A stretch of 56,050 bases of DNA from Gekko japonicus (taxonomy: Eukaryota): positions 699,808-755,857 of the forward strand of contig NW_015174859.1 in NCBI RefSeq assembly GCF_001447785.1, given 5' to 3'. The notes under the pieces were generated by a model that saw nothing but the letters and a program-made list of their open reading frames with translations, ran no database searches and was not told where the DNA came from. The position numbers and the translations under genes were made by a program. Shown here in pieces: positions 22,901 through 33,000 of this stretch. Every line of letters starts with the position of its first letter. Within the stretch, counting starts at the first letter, position 1.

Positions 22901-23578
22901 GACCCCATCAAGATCTCTCTCTTGGTCAGTCTCTGCCAGTTCGGACCCCATCAAGATCTCTCTCTTGGTCAGTCTCTGCCAGTTCGGACCTCTGCCAGTT
23001 CGGACCCCATAGTTAGGATTTTTGGCTCCAATGTGCATCACTTTGCACTTGGCCACATTGAACCCCATTTGCCACCTTGACGCCCACTCGCCCATCCTCG
23101 ACAGAGCCCTTTGGAGTGCCTCACAATCCTCCCTGGTTTTCACCACCCTGAACAACTTCGTATCTTCCGCAAATGCAGCCACTTCACTGCTTAATCTTAT
23201 GAGGCCTCAGAAGCTATGCAGGGTTGGCCCTGGTTAGTGCACGGATGGGAGACCACCAAGGAAGTCCAGGCAGGCAATGGCAAAACCGCCTTGGGATCGC
23301 CAGAAGCTGGCTGCAACGTGACTGGGTGTAGTGCCAGGTGCCAATTTGCTCCAGCAGCCTGGCTTTTTCCTCCCTTTGCTTTTTTCCTCCTTCAGCACCC
23401 TGAGCAGAAAATGAACCAGAAGCTAATTGAAGAAGAAAAGAAGAGGGAAAGGGCGAGAGAGGAGGAGGAGAGGCGCCGCAGGGGCCGAGTCGAGGAGGTG
23501 CCCAAGAAGAAAGCGTCCAGGCGGCAGAAGCAGCAGCAGCCATCGCAGACCCTTGTGGCCAAGAAGGAGGAGCTCTGA
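10836..23578 (+). CDS. CALR3: Calreticulin-3, 9 exons, 412 aa
   Basis: Exon lengths 94/102/204/95/210/114/144/93/183 are phase-consistent. Signal peptide, KHEQKIDCGGGYVK, IMFGPDICG, P-domain repeats and C-terminal KEEL are present. Lies between C19orf44 and EPS15L1, as CALR3 does. Confidence 0.93.
11057..11212. mobile_element. Non-autonomous DNA transposon remnant with GGGTTGCCA inverted ends
   Basis: gggttgccaa...ttggcaacccta. Related copy at about 26693-26860. Confidence 0.55.
11305..11876. mobile_element. Penelope-derived inverted-repeat element hosting a Sauria SINE
   Basis: Inverted termini (ccagtagcaccttaaa ... ttaaggtgctccagg ... gactaacacagc) and a degenerate hammerhead remnant near 11770-11797. 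Confidence 0.5.
11353..11697 (-). mobile_element. Sauria SINE
   Basis: (ACCTTT)n tail on the - strand. TSD ccttaaa at 11346 and 11698. Confidence 0.85.
12387..12488 (+). CDS. CALR3: CALR3 exon 2
   Basis: KWQERWVLSQHKSNYGKFRLTAGSFYGDPEADK, AG/GT. Confidence 0.93.
12828..13095 (-). mobile_element. Squam3-like SINE
   Basis: Same family as 8234-8515. Confidence 0.75.
13229..13432 (+). CDS. CALR3: CALR3 exon 3
   Basis: GLQTSEN...KHEQKIDCGGGYVKIFP...YYIMF. Confidence 0.95.
14481..14575 (+). CDS. CALR3: CALR3 exon 4
   Basis: GPDICGSDTKKVHVILNYK...IRCK. Confidence 0.95.
15225..15880 (+). mobile_element. Penelope-like element 3' fragment (GIY-YIG endonuclease + terminal repeat)
   Basis: SIPCSCGQVYIGTT...RIKEH...EAIEI...NFNR, frameshifted. 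Hammerhead-type motif at 15764-15804. Confidence 0.85.
15951..16160 (+). CDS. CALR3: CALR3 exon 5
   Basis: VDGFTHLYTLILRPD...KPEDW...KPE. Confidence 0.95.
16737..16850 (+). CDS. CALR3: CALR3 exon 6
   Basis: DWNVAEYI...KPKDWD...WQPPLLKNPLYR. Confidence 0.93.
16940..17083 (+). CDS. CALR3: CALR3 exon 7
   Basis: GEWQPRKIPNPNY...IGLDLWQ. Confidence 0.95.
17122..17433. mobile_element. hAT-Charlie-like MITE
   Basis: Terminal inverted repeats ccggggtggccaaac / gttcggccacccccg. Confidence 0.65.
17434..18207 (+). mobile_element. Degraded CR1 RT C-terminal fragment
   Basis: IKFADDTKLGG, ERDLGV, LRGDMIALFKYLKG, WNQLPREVV, with stops and frameshifts. Confidence 0.88.
18210..19240 (-). mobile_element. 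Degraded CR1 endonuclease/linker fragment, inverted
   Basis: CYRPPDQDEEVD, NKKLFFRYV, EKAERFNAYFASV. Confidence 0.85.
19245..19425 (-). mobile_element. Squam3-like SINE fragment
   Basis: gaggtagggtggggctgagag core and (CTT) tail. Confidence 0.55.
19660..21350 (-). mobile_element. L2-clade LINE, degraded RT and 3' end
   Basis: LLLLLDLTAAFD, LKLNPSNTE, SRLDYCNSLYAGLP, LHWLPV. Confidence 0.88.
21425..21517 (+). CDS. CALR3: CALR3 exon 8
   Basis: VRSGTIFDNFLITDDETYAEEFGDETWGETK. Confidence 0.96.
21808..22052 (-). mobile_element. CR1 3' UTR, same family as the 4036-7690 element
   Basis: (TTCTTATG)n tail on -, homologous to 7420-7690. Confidence 0.8.
22420..23192 (-). mobile_element. CR1 RT fragment containing a minisatellite
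   Basis: TKLFRVVKTREDCEALQR...KCKVMHIG...MGSELAETDQERDLGVVD, closely matching 6610-6910. Confidence 0.9.
22479..23010. repeat. 43-bp tandem repeat, about 12 identical copies
   Basis: Unit caagatctctctcttggtcagtctctgccagttcggaccccat, with starts at 22479, 22522 ... 22952. Confidence 0.97.
23396..23578 (+). CDS. CALR3: CALR3 exon 9 (C-domain, KEEL*)
   Basis: Long pyrimidine acceptor. HPEQKMN...REEEE...KKEEL then TGA. KDEL-like ER retrieval signal. Confidence 0.9.
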   Translation, partial: HPEQKMNQKLIEEEKKRERAREEEERRRRGRVEEVPKKKASRRQKQQQPSQTLVAKKEEL

Positions 23579-23698
23579 GGGGGCTCATAAGGCGGATCGG
23601 AGGAGGAGGAGGAGGAGGAGGGAGTCGACAGGGACAAGACAAGCGCGGCGGGGTCCAGCCCTCTGCTAGGTGGCGAAGGAGGCGCTCCGGAGAAGTTG

Positions 23699-23704
23699 AA
23701 TAAA
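23699..23704 (+). terminator. CALR3 polyadenylation signal AATAAA
   Basis: 120 nt after the CALR3 stop, in otherwise GC-rich sequence. Confidence 0.7.
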
Positions 23705-24007
23705 ACTCGGTTCGCGCAGCAGCAGGGCCTGGCGCCTCTTCTTGCCTGGGCGGGCGCGGGTGGGAGGGGGGGGAGCTGCTGGGCGGTCCGTCGCGCCTTC
23801 CCCTCCCTCCGCGGGTGGGCAGGTGTGAGTGCGCGCGCAGCGCTCTTCCCGTTTCCCTCCCGGGGCAGGAAACGCGAGGCGGGGAGCCGCTCCCAACGGC
23901 AGGAAAGGGGGCCCGTGAGCGCCCCTCCCTCCGCGGCGCCTGTCCGCGCCGCCGCTAGGGGCGCTGTGGTCCCTTCCCGGCAGAGCGAGAGGAGGAGGAG
24001 GAGGAAG

Positions 24008-24043
24008 ATGGCGGCGCTCATCCCTCTCGGCGGCGGGCCGCAG
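24008..24043 (+). CDS. EPS15L1: EPS15L1 exon 1 [12 protein letters not shown]
   Basis: aagATGGCGGCG start, donor gtacgg. Confidence 0.88.
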
Positions 24044-27000
24044 GTACGGAGGGAAGGAGGCGGCCGGGCCCGACCCCAACCGGCGGGGGAGACTGCAGGA
24101 GGGCTTTTCGCCGGAGGCGGCGGCAGCAGCAGCAGCGCCGGCGTGCGGGGGAACTGGGGCCAGGTATTCCCGCCGGGCTGGGCACTCCTCCCCTCGTGCC
24201 GTGACCTTGCGGGGAGCCAGCCGGGGGAGTGTCGCCCGCCAGCCCCCGCGCCGGAGGGGGGGGGGCGCTGGGGGGCCTCCCTTCCCTCTCTGTCAGGCCA
24301 GCGGGGAGGCGACTCTGTCGGCCGGCCACCCACCCACGAGCGAAGGGTGCCGAAGGGCTCTCTTTCCGACAGCCAGGCTGCGGGAGGGGAGGGGTCGTCC
24401 TCGCCCTGGTCAGGCTGTCCCCAGGAAGAGGAGGCCGGAGTCTGCTCCCCGCAGTGGCCCCGCCACGAGTTGTGGGGCAGCGGAGGGGAGAGCCCGCCCA
24501 TGCCCGGTTACCGGGGGAGCGGCCAGGCCAGGCGCGGGGCTGCGTCCGAGGCGGCGGGGCGGCACAGGGTGACGAGGCTTCCCCCGGCCTCTGCGCGTCC
24601 GTCGCGAGGATCCACCCAGGGAGCGCTCCGGGAGGGAGGGAGGAGCCGGCTCAGCGCCAGGCAGCGAGGGGCTCGGTTCGGACGCCCGGCGGCGGCGGCG
24701 GCGCCCAGCGCTGCCAGGTTACCCTCAGGGACGCTCCGCTCTGGCGCACCGCGCAGGCCGGCCTTGGCTCCCTTCTCGTCCCGCTTGGTGTCGTTTCTTG
24801 AGCTGCCAGCGGCTTTCCGGGATCTCAGGCAGGGAAGGGCCTCCCCGGACCCGAGTGAGCACTTGGGCCCTGCCCCGGGGCGCCCGGCGAGCGGCTTTCT
24901 CCCCTGCGTCGAAGCCCACCTCCTGGCCTCTCCTGACGGGAAGAGGCCATTGCCAGCGGTGCGCTCTGGGAGGGCCTCCCCCCTGCAAAGCCCCAGCCCC
25001 TGCCTGGCCAGACACCGTTGGGGGAACGGCCTTCTGGCCTGCTCTGCCAGTGGCTTCACTTGGAGAGAGACCCTGAAGCAGGGAGGCAGCTGAGCCAGGC
25101 CTTCTCCGCACAGGGGAGGCAAGGCAAAAAAAACCACCCCCCCCCCCCCCATATTCCTGATGGCTGTCTCACAGAGAAAGAACTGTGTTAGTTTTGGCCG
25201 CAGAGGCAGCTACTGCCCGGTGTCTAGCATGGCAATCCATTTATAAATTATACTTTTTTGTGTGTTGTTTGTGTGTGCATTTTAAAGGGAATCAGTTCTG
25301 TGAACATTTTGTGTAACTCTCTAGTGCTTGTATTGTAAACTCGTAGAAAGAAAGGAAATCCCCAATTCCTTTGCCCATCTGGGCAGCCTCTCTCCTGCCC
25401 TTGTGCAGGAGAAGGTAGTTGTTTTATTGTCACCGTTAAAGGGGGTCTAAGCAGTAGCATTCTCTCCTTTTAACAGAATTGTTATTTAATTAGGGGGAGA
25501 GTGAAATATTCTGGGGTAGTTCCCAGCGTTTTCTCTAAAGTGAGTTAGTGTGAGCTAGCTCTCAGTTTTTTAGCCTCCAGCTCACACGTTTTTGTCTTAG
25601 CTCAGGAAGGATGGCTCCAGAGCAAACTAATTTATGCAGTAGCCAAATCGCTGGCTCAGAACTTTAATGCCGGTAGCTCACAAAGTAGGATTTTTGCTCC
25701 CAGGACTCCACAGCTTAGAGGGGGCACTAGTAGTTTCCTTTTGTTTCTGCCTTGGTGATGCCACATTTGCTTTAAAAACAGCATTCCATGTGACAGATTG
25801 GGGTGGGGCTTAGATTTACCATCTTGGGTGATGATGAGGCAACATAGCTCTCCGTGGGTACTTCTTGGTGTTGCTTGGAAAGTTTCTGTGGTTGGGGATG
25901 TACCCTTTCTCAAGATGATTACACAAATGGGAGAGATGTAGTTGTGAAATGTTTTTACCACTATGGGAAGAACTGGTTTGCCAGTAAGTGCCACTGCTCT
26001 TGTTTATGGGAGGAGCTTCTGGTACCTTAGATGGGACCTGTAAAACTTGTTGACATACTCAGTAAACTTGTCTTTGAATCCCTATGAAGGTGCCTTTATT
26101 TTATTCATCTTTCACTGCGGTCACACACACTAAATAATCCACTTCCAATACACTTTCCAACTGGATTTTTCCAGTTCACACAGTATAAATCCACTTGGAA
26201 ATTCACTCAATTTCTCCCTACTGGGGAAAAGTGTGTGTCAGCTTCCTTTGCTTTAGAATACTGCAGGCAGATGTCAGAACCCACAGCCAACAACGTAGTA
26301 CACGATTATCAGGAAAGGTAATACTTTATTGAAGAGCTATAGATGCATTAACATAGGCACTGTTAAGAATGGCGGCTGCCCCTGGGGCATAATAGGATAT
26401 AGGGTATTGGCAAGGGTGGGCCGTAGGGACCATGTTACTCCGGTCTTGGTCCATTTACACTGACTCCAAATTTGTTTCTTGGCCCAATTCAAGGAGCTGA
26501 CCTTTAAAACACTATACAGTTGGGGACTAACTTATCTTAAGGGCTGTCTACTCCTGTATGAACCTACCCAACCACAATGGCCATCCTCTGAGGCTGTGTT
26601 TCAGATGCCCTCACTCTAAAAGGCTAGAGGGGCAGCAACCCAAGAAAGACGTTCTAGGTTGCGGCACCAAAATTATGGAACTCCTTCCCCACAGGGTTGG
26701 CCAATTCTGTGTTGGGAGATTCCTGGAGATTTGAGGGATTGGGGAGGGAGTTAACACCCTTTCAAGGCAAGCATTTTCTCCAGGGGAACTGATCTGTGTA
26801 GTCTGGAGATGAGTTGTAATTCCAAGAGATCTCCAGGCCCCACCTGAAGACTGGCAGCCCGACTCCCTGGAATGTTCATTTGTCCCCTTCTATCACTGTT
26901 TTCTGCCAGTGGGTCAAGTGTTTCCTTTGGCATTGCCTCACTCCTTCTTGGCTTGTGTTGTAATTTGCTGTCTGCTTTTATATATGTAATTTAGCTCTGT

Positions 27001-30000
27001 TTTTAAATTGGTTTTCTGGTATATGTTATTATGCTGCTTTAGTCATTGGCGTTTTTGGTGGGTCTGATGGGGTAGAAAGGCAGGATATAGATGTTGTAAA
27101 TAGATATAAATAATGAAATGGAGATCCAAAGTGGTAGAGTGCTCCTATGCTAAGTGCCTTGGGGACGTGGAATGTGGGAGCTCTTCTGACCCTCCCTCTC
27201 TATCACACTCCCAGTTTTTTCTTGTGGAAGTTGTCGTCAGCTCGGTTCCTTTTTGGTGGTCTCTTGGTTGTCCTGTTTTTTGAATGCCTTTTTTTTTTTT
27301 TTGAAGAGGTTGCCATGCAGGTTTTGTTGATATTACTATCAGGAAATGATCCTTTTAAAATCATAAGCTAAGCAGAAATGGATTTAAGGGGAGGAGGCTG
27401 AGAAGCCCAGAGGCCTTCTTTTGCAGGCCATGTTCCCTATTTCCAAGGCCCAAGCTAAACCACGCCTAAACAGACAGACATATCATTTATTCTGCAGTAC
27501 ACACCAGGGCAGGAGCTTCACCCCCAGCTGCAGAGCCCCTGAGCATGTGAAGAGACCAAGTTGTGTGACTGGGGCTCCCAAAGGGGAGGGATGTGCTTTG
27601 GGAAAGCTGCTGCCTCTGAGCCCCACAGCCATAGCATGGCAAGAGTAATGTTGCTTGACTTTGCAAGATCATTATACAGATTAACCTGGTTTTGTACGTG
27701 AAAGTGCTGTGTAGACGGGCAGTGTTTTCCTTTTGCCTGTGGTTAAATGGAAACTGCGGTGGCTCAAGTGGTTAAGACGCTGAACTGCAGGCTGTGGAAG
27801 GTCGGTAGTTCAGCAGTTTGAGACCCGAGTTGCCGCATGACGGAGTGAGCTCCCATCTCTAGTTCCAGCTCCTGCCAACCTAGCAGTTCGAAAGCAAGAA
27901 ATTGCAAGTAGATAAATAGGTACCACTTCAGTGGGAAGGTAACAGTATTCTGTGCGCCTTGGTGTTTAGTCATGCTGGCCACATGACCACGGAAACGTCT
28001 TCGGACAGCGCTGGCTCTTCGGCTTTGAAATGGAGATGAGCACCGCAACCCTACAGTCGGACTCGACTGGCTTTCGAGCAAGGAAATCTTTACCTTTTAA
28101 ATGGAAACCCACTCTCTCTTTTTTTAAAATTAATTTTATTTAATGTCTTCTCAAAGCACAATACAACCAATAACAAAAAGGCTCATAAAAATACATCGTT
28201 GGTTGGCAGCACGTGGAGAAACATCAAAAAAGTCACTTAAACACATCAGCAAAGGCTTCAGCAGCACAGTTGTCATAAGTATTTAAAATTGCTCTTGATA
28301 TCCAAGCTAATGAAACAAAGAGGCAGCTGGATGAAAAGACTTGGCTGAACTTTACACAGTGACAACCAAACACAAAGTGCAGGGTGCGATAAACTATGTC
28401 CTTTAAAATGCAGCTTAATGGAAACCCACTCCCCTGCCTCTACCTGCCAGGTTGTGGTTCCGTTCCGCTCCTGGCACTCCGGCCTTCAGAAGAAGACACA
28501 AAATAGTTAATTGTGCATCCAAACTCCCAAGTAATCACACAAGGTAGCACTTTTGCTTTTAGGAAGCTAAAACCATCTCAAGTTTTGATACTTTACCTTT
28601 TCTTACTGAATGTTTTGGATTTTTAGCAGGCTTTTTTTGTTTGTTTGTTTGCCTTGTGCTGTTGATGTTCCATGTTCGAAGGTCATCCACAATGCTCTTC
28701 CAGCACACAGCTGGACAGATCTCATTGGCAAAAAAGCCTTAGACGATACAAGCCGGACATCGCTTCACCTGACCAATCAGTTTTCCAGTATATCAGCTGT
28801 TCTTTCTTGCTAAAACTGGAGGGCTGCCTTGGTGAACCCTTGTGAACTCTGCTGTGTGTGAAGGGGATGTGTTTTTGCTGACCTTGCTGCTTCTTGAAGA
28901 CCCCACCATGTCCAGTGTGTTGCTAGGTGTTTGGAGGGCAAACGGAAGGCACTGCTGGGTGGAAGCTGCAGAGTGTAGGGAAGGTGAGCTGCTCCTTGGT
29001 GCTGATGGCTGTCCAGGAATCTGACTTGGCACAGGGCAGTGCTTGCTTTGCCAGTTTGCTCTGCCTGCTTGCTCTCATGTCCCAGCTTTCCACCAGGTTC
29101 TCGTCCAATCCTGTTTTCTCTGAAAAATGGAGATGAACCATTTCTAGTGTGGCATTCCATGATGGGAGGAGGGGTTTTCTGGCCAGCCCTAGCTGGTGGG
29201 TCCAAAGAAGAATGTCCTCTGACCCTTTCTTCTTTTACCTCTTGCTTAGCTTTCCGCTGGGAGCCCTTCGTACGAGACCTATTACAAACAGGCAAGTTTT
29301 TGAAGTTTCTCTCTCTCCCTCCTAACCACTTCAACACCTGATTTCCTCTCTGATTTGCTGGGTAGCAAATGCCTCTTGTGTGATCCCGTTGAGCGGTGGA
29401 AGCTGTTTGCGCCCTACCCCCTTCCGGCTCACCTTCAGTGTCGATGTTTGTCTCGCAGGTGGATCCAGCATGCGTCGGGAGAATTGGGGCCAGTGATGCT
29501 GCTTTGTTCCTTAAAAAATCCGGTCTTGCCGATGCCGTTCTTGGAAAAGTACGTTAGTTGTGTGCTTTGAAAGGGGTTGAGTGTTTCACATCGCCCAGTT
29601 TGTATGATTTGTCGAAGGGAGAAGAATTGTGTGTGGTGGCTTCTCTGCCCGGTATGTTGGGGTTGGTTGGATGAGAAGATTCTTTCTCTTGAACCTTACA
29701 GGTTGGTGCTGTCAGGTGCTTTGGCTCATTGGGGGGAAAGGTGCGGTATAAACCTTTTAAGTAAATGTGACGATTGTGATTCCCTCCCCCCAAAAAACCT
29801 TTATAATTGCCAGTGTAACTCCTGACGTTACGTTGCTTAATTAAGCTGTGCCCAAGTGACTTCCTAGAAGCTGCTACTCTGCCTTGTGCTCCTTAAGGGC
29901 AGCACAGCAACGCAGCCCACATGGAAGGTCCAGTTTGCCAGATTCTGGTGGTGGGGCTAAGAGAGGCCCTGCCCCAACAGGATTGCATGTCCTGGACAAG

Positions 30001-33000
30001 ATGGACCCTCTGATGGGAGATTGGCAATTCCGTCTAGGTCTCCCCAGAAACGGGGGCATGAGGGATGGGTTGGCTGTAGGGAACTGACTGGGCATGTGCC
30101 TGGGTACAAAACAAAGTTAGTCGGCACATGCAGCAAGTTCACACAATGATGCTTTTCCTGGCAAGGTCCCTGCTTGGAGGAGGAAGGGACTTTTTAATGT
30201 CGGCTTATATTTTTGTATTTCCTTAGATATGGGATTTGGCAGATCCTGAGGGGAAAGGATTCCTAGACAAGCAGGTATGCAAGCACGATGTCTGGAAGAA
30301 GATAAAGCTGTGTTCTGCCATTTTACAACCCTGCCTCCTCTTGTGTTGTCCCCCACAATGCCAAATGCACATCTGAGAACGGCCCCTCTCTGGGAACATG
30401 TTTAAAACTGAGGCTCCCGTCTCCACAGCAAAGACATCGTTGGCCGCTCACTGAGGCAGAGAGCGCCTCTGGGCTGCACCTTGGCCAGCGCTTAGAGGCG
30501 GCTGAGTTACCAAGCAGCCCTCCATTCTTTCTGGAGTGGACGTTTCGCAGAAAGGGGTCTCCTGCTGGGTCAGACCAGTTTACTGCTTCTGACTGTGGAC
30601 GTTCCCTTGAGTCACCATGGCTTGCAGCCCCTGATTGGTCTTTCCTTCCAGAATCTGACCTTTCCCCCTTTTAAAGCTGTCTGTGCTAGTTGCCATTGCT
30701 ACATCTACTAGCAGTGATTTTAGCAGTTTAATTTAGTCTGTCCTGAATCAGTTGCCCATCACCCAGAATTCTAAGTTTTTTGGGGGGGGGGGGAGTGTTC
30801 CCTGTCCGCTTTCTCCTCCACATGCATGATTTTTGAAACGTCTGTGTGTATCCTCCTTCATTCATCTTTCCTCTGTACTGAGACATCCCAGACCCTTTAG
30901 GCTTCTTAAAAAGCTGCTCCAGTCCTTTAATCATCTAGGTTTCCACCTGCGCGTTTTCTGCTGCAGCTTTTAAAATACGATGACCAGACCTGTACATAGT
31001 ATTCCAAATGAGGTTGTAACATAGACCTGTACTAGGGCATTACAGCATTGACCGTTTCAGTCCCATTCCCCTGCATGGATTTTGCCCTTTTCACCGTTGC
31101 CTCCCATTGAGTTGACATTTTCATCAGGCGATCTGCTGCAGTGCTCACATCTTTCCCTCTCAGCCTGGGCCAGTTAAAACCCCATCCACATAGGTTTAAA
31201 GATAGGGGATTTTTCTCCTCCTCCAGTGTGCGTGCAGCTCCTAGGAGCCACAGTGAGCTTCGTTTTCATTGTTGCTATCAGTCTGCAGAGATCCTCCTAG
31301 AGCTTGTCACAATCCACTTTTGTTTTCACGATCCTGAGTAATTTGGGGCTATCTGCAGCCATGGCCAGTACGCTACTCACTCCCAATCATTTATGAACAA
31401 ATTAAATAGCACCCAATCCCAATACAGATCCCTGTGGTGCCCCACCGTTCACTTCCACTTGTGGCCGGACATGGCAGTTTATTCCTACTCTCTGCTTTGT
31501 GTCATTTAAACTATTTTTAGTCCATAAGAGAACTCTTCTTTTTATCCCATGACTACTATGCTTACTTGGGAGTCCTTGGTGAGGGACCTTGTTAAAAGCC
31601 TTTTGGAAGTCCAAGTGTATATGGTACCTGCTGGATCACCCTTATCCACATGCTTGTTAACCTGCTGAAAGAACTCCATGTGCTTAATGTACCTGGAACA
31701 GATGGTAGAAACAGCTTCAACTAATTTGCCTGGAACAGATGTTAGAGACTAACAGGCCCGTGTAGTTTCCTCAGTCTCCTTTGGACCCCTTTTTAATAAT
31801 CAATGTAACATTTGTTACTTTCTAGTCTCCCCCCACCCCTGGTACAAAGACTGATTTTTCACAGCAAGTTATATATACTGGTTATAAGATCGACGTTTTC
31901 AAGTCTGCATGTCTTAAGGAGCTTCAGGTGTATGAGAGTAGAGAGACTTTTTCGTTTTTATTTTCCCGTTAATCTTAGGACTTAATTTCTTGCCCACCTC
32001 AATTTGAATCAGTTCTTCAGACATCCTTCCTGAAAACAGAAGCTCTGCTGTGGGTATCTGCCCTATATTCCCATGGTGAAGACATGTTGCAAAGAGTACA
32101 TTCAGTTTCTCTGCCATCTTCTTTCATCGATCCTTTCGCTTCTTTGTCATCCAGCAGCCCAGCTGTCTCCGTGGCTGGTTGCCTGCTCCTGATGTATTTG
32201 AAGAAATGCTTATTCTTTCTCCTGGTGGGTCTCGGGTCCCATCTAGATTGTGTGCACGGAAGCATAACTTCCTTCCCTCTCCTGTCATGATGTTCCTGCG
32301 GGTCCTCCTTCCCTCAGGCACAGCATTTCGGGGGGCAGTTTGGGCTCTTTGGGGGAATCGCTCCCTTCTTGTGCATGCAGATCTTTTCCATGGGATGCAA
32401 CCCAGTGTTTTTAGCAATCTGCTCCTCAAACTCACCTTTTCTTTCACTTATTGTCAGCTTACTGTTTTGTCAGAACCTCTGCTCCTTTCTGTTTACTTCC
32501 ACTTTTTAAAGGAAGCCTTTTTGCCTTTCATGGTTTCCTTGACTTGGGTTAACCACAAGGCATACTTTTAGATTTGGTGGTACCTTTCCTGGTTTAAGGT
32601 ATGCATACTATCTGGCCCTCAATTTTGTGTGGTTTTAAATACCTTGCAAGTACCTGGGAGCGGCTTGATTTTCTTGAGTCTCCTTTTGAGCTCCCTTCTG
32701 ACTAGTCTTGTCCTTTCTGTAAAGTTCATAAGAATATAAGACGAGCCTTGCTGGATCAAACCAGCATCCTTTTTTCGTACAGTAGGCAACCAGTCACTCT
32801 GGAGGGTCAACGGATGGGGCACAGAGGCTGGTGCTGTCTCCTTGTTTCAGAGGTTTAGTCCCCCAAATATGGAGGTTCCCTTTAATCACTGTAGGTAGTA
32901 TCCTGATCACATGTTAGTCCGTCAAGTTTAGTACTGTCCATTCAGACTGTCTCTCTGCAAACTATTGCCCAGTCTATAGGGGGTAGTTGAAACCACCCAT

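Larger units (their letters stand above)
23440..25000. promoter_or_regulatory. CpG island / EPS15L1 promoter
   Basis: Very GC- and CpG-rich, with GC boxes, surrounding EPS15L1 exon 1. Confidence 0.8.

Noticed and set aside
22247-23080. Repetitive ORFs and CRISPR-like periodicity
   Set aside because: A pure tandem 43-mer without spacers, derived from CR1. The ORFs arise because the unit has no stop on +.
23392-25152. Long ORFs on both strands (465, 369, 214 aa)
   Set aside because: Low-complexity G/P/R/A products of a stop-poor CpG island. Only 36 nt (EPS15L1 exon 1) and CALR3 exon 9 are supported.
26272-26480. Possible solo LTR starting tgtca
   Set aside because: No matching terminus or TSD could be established.
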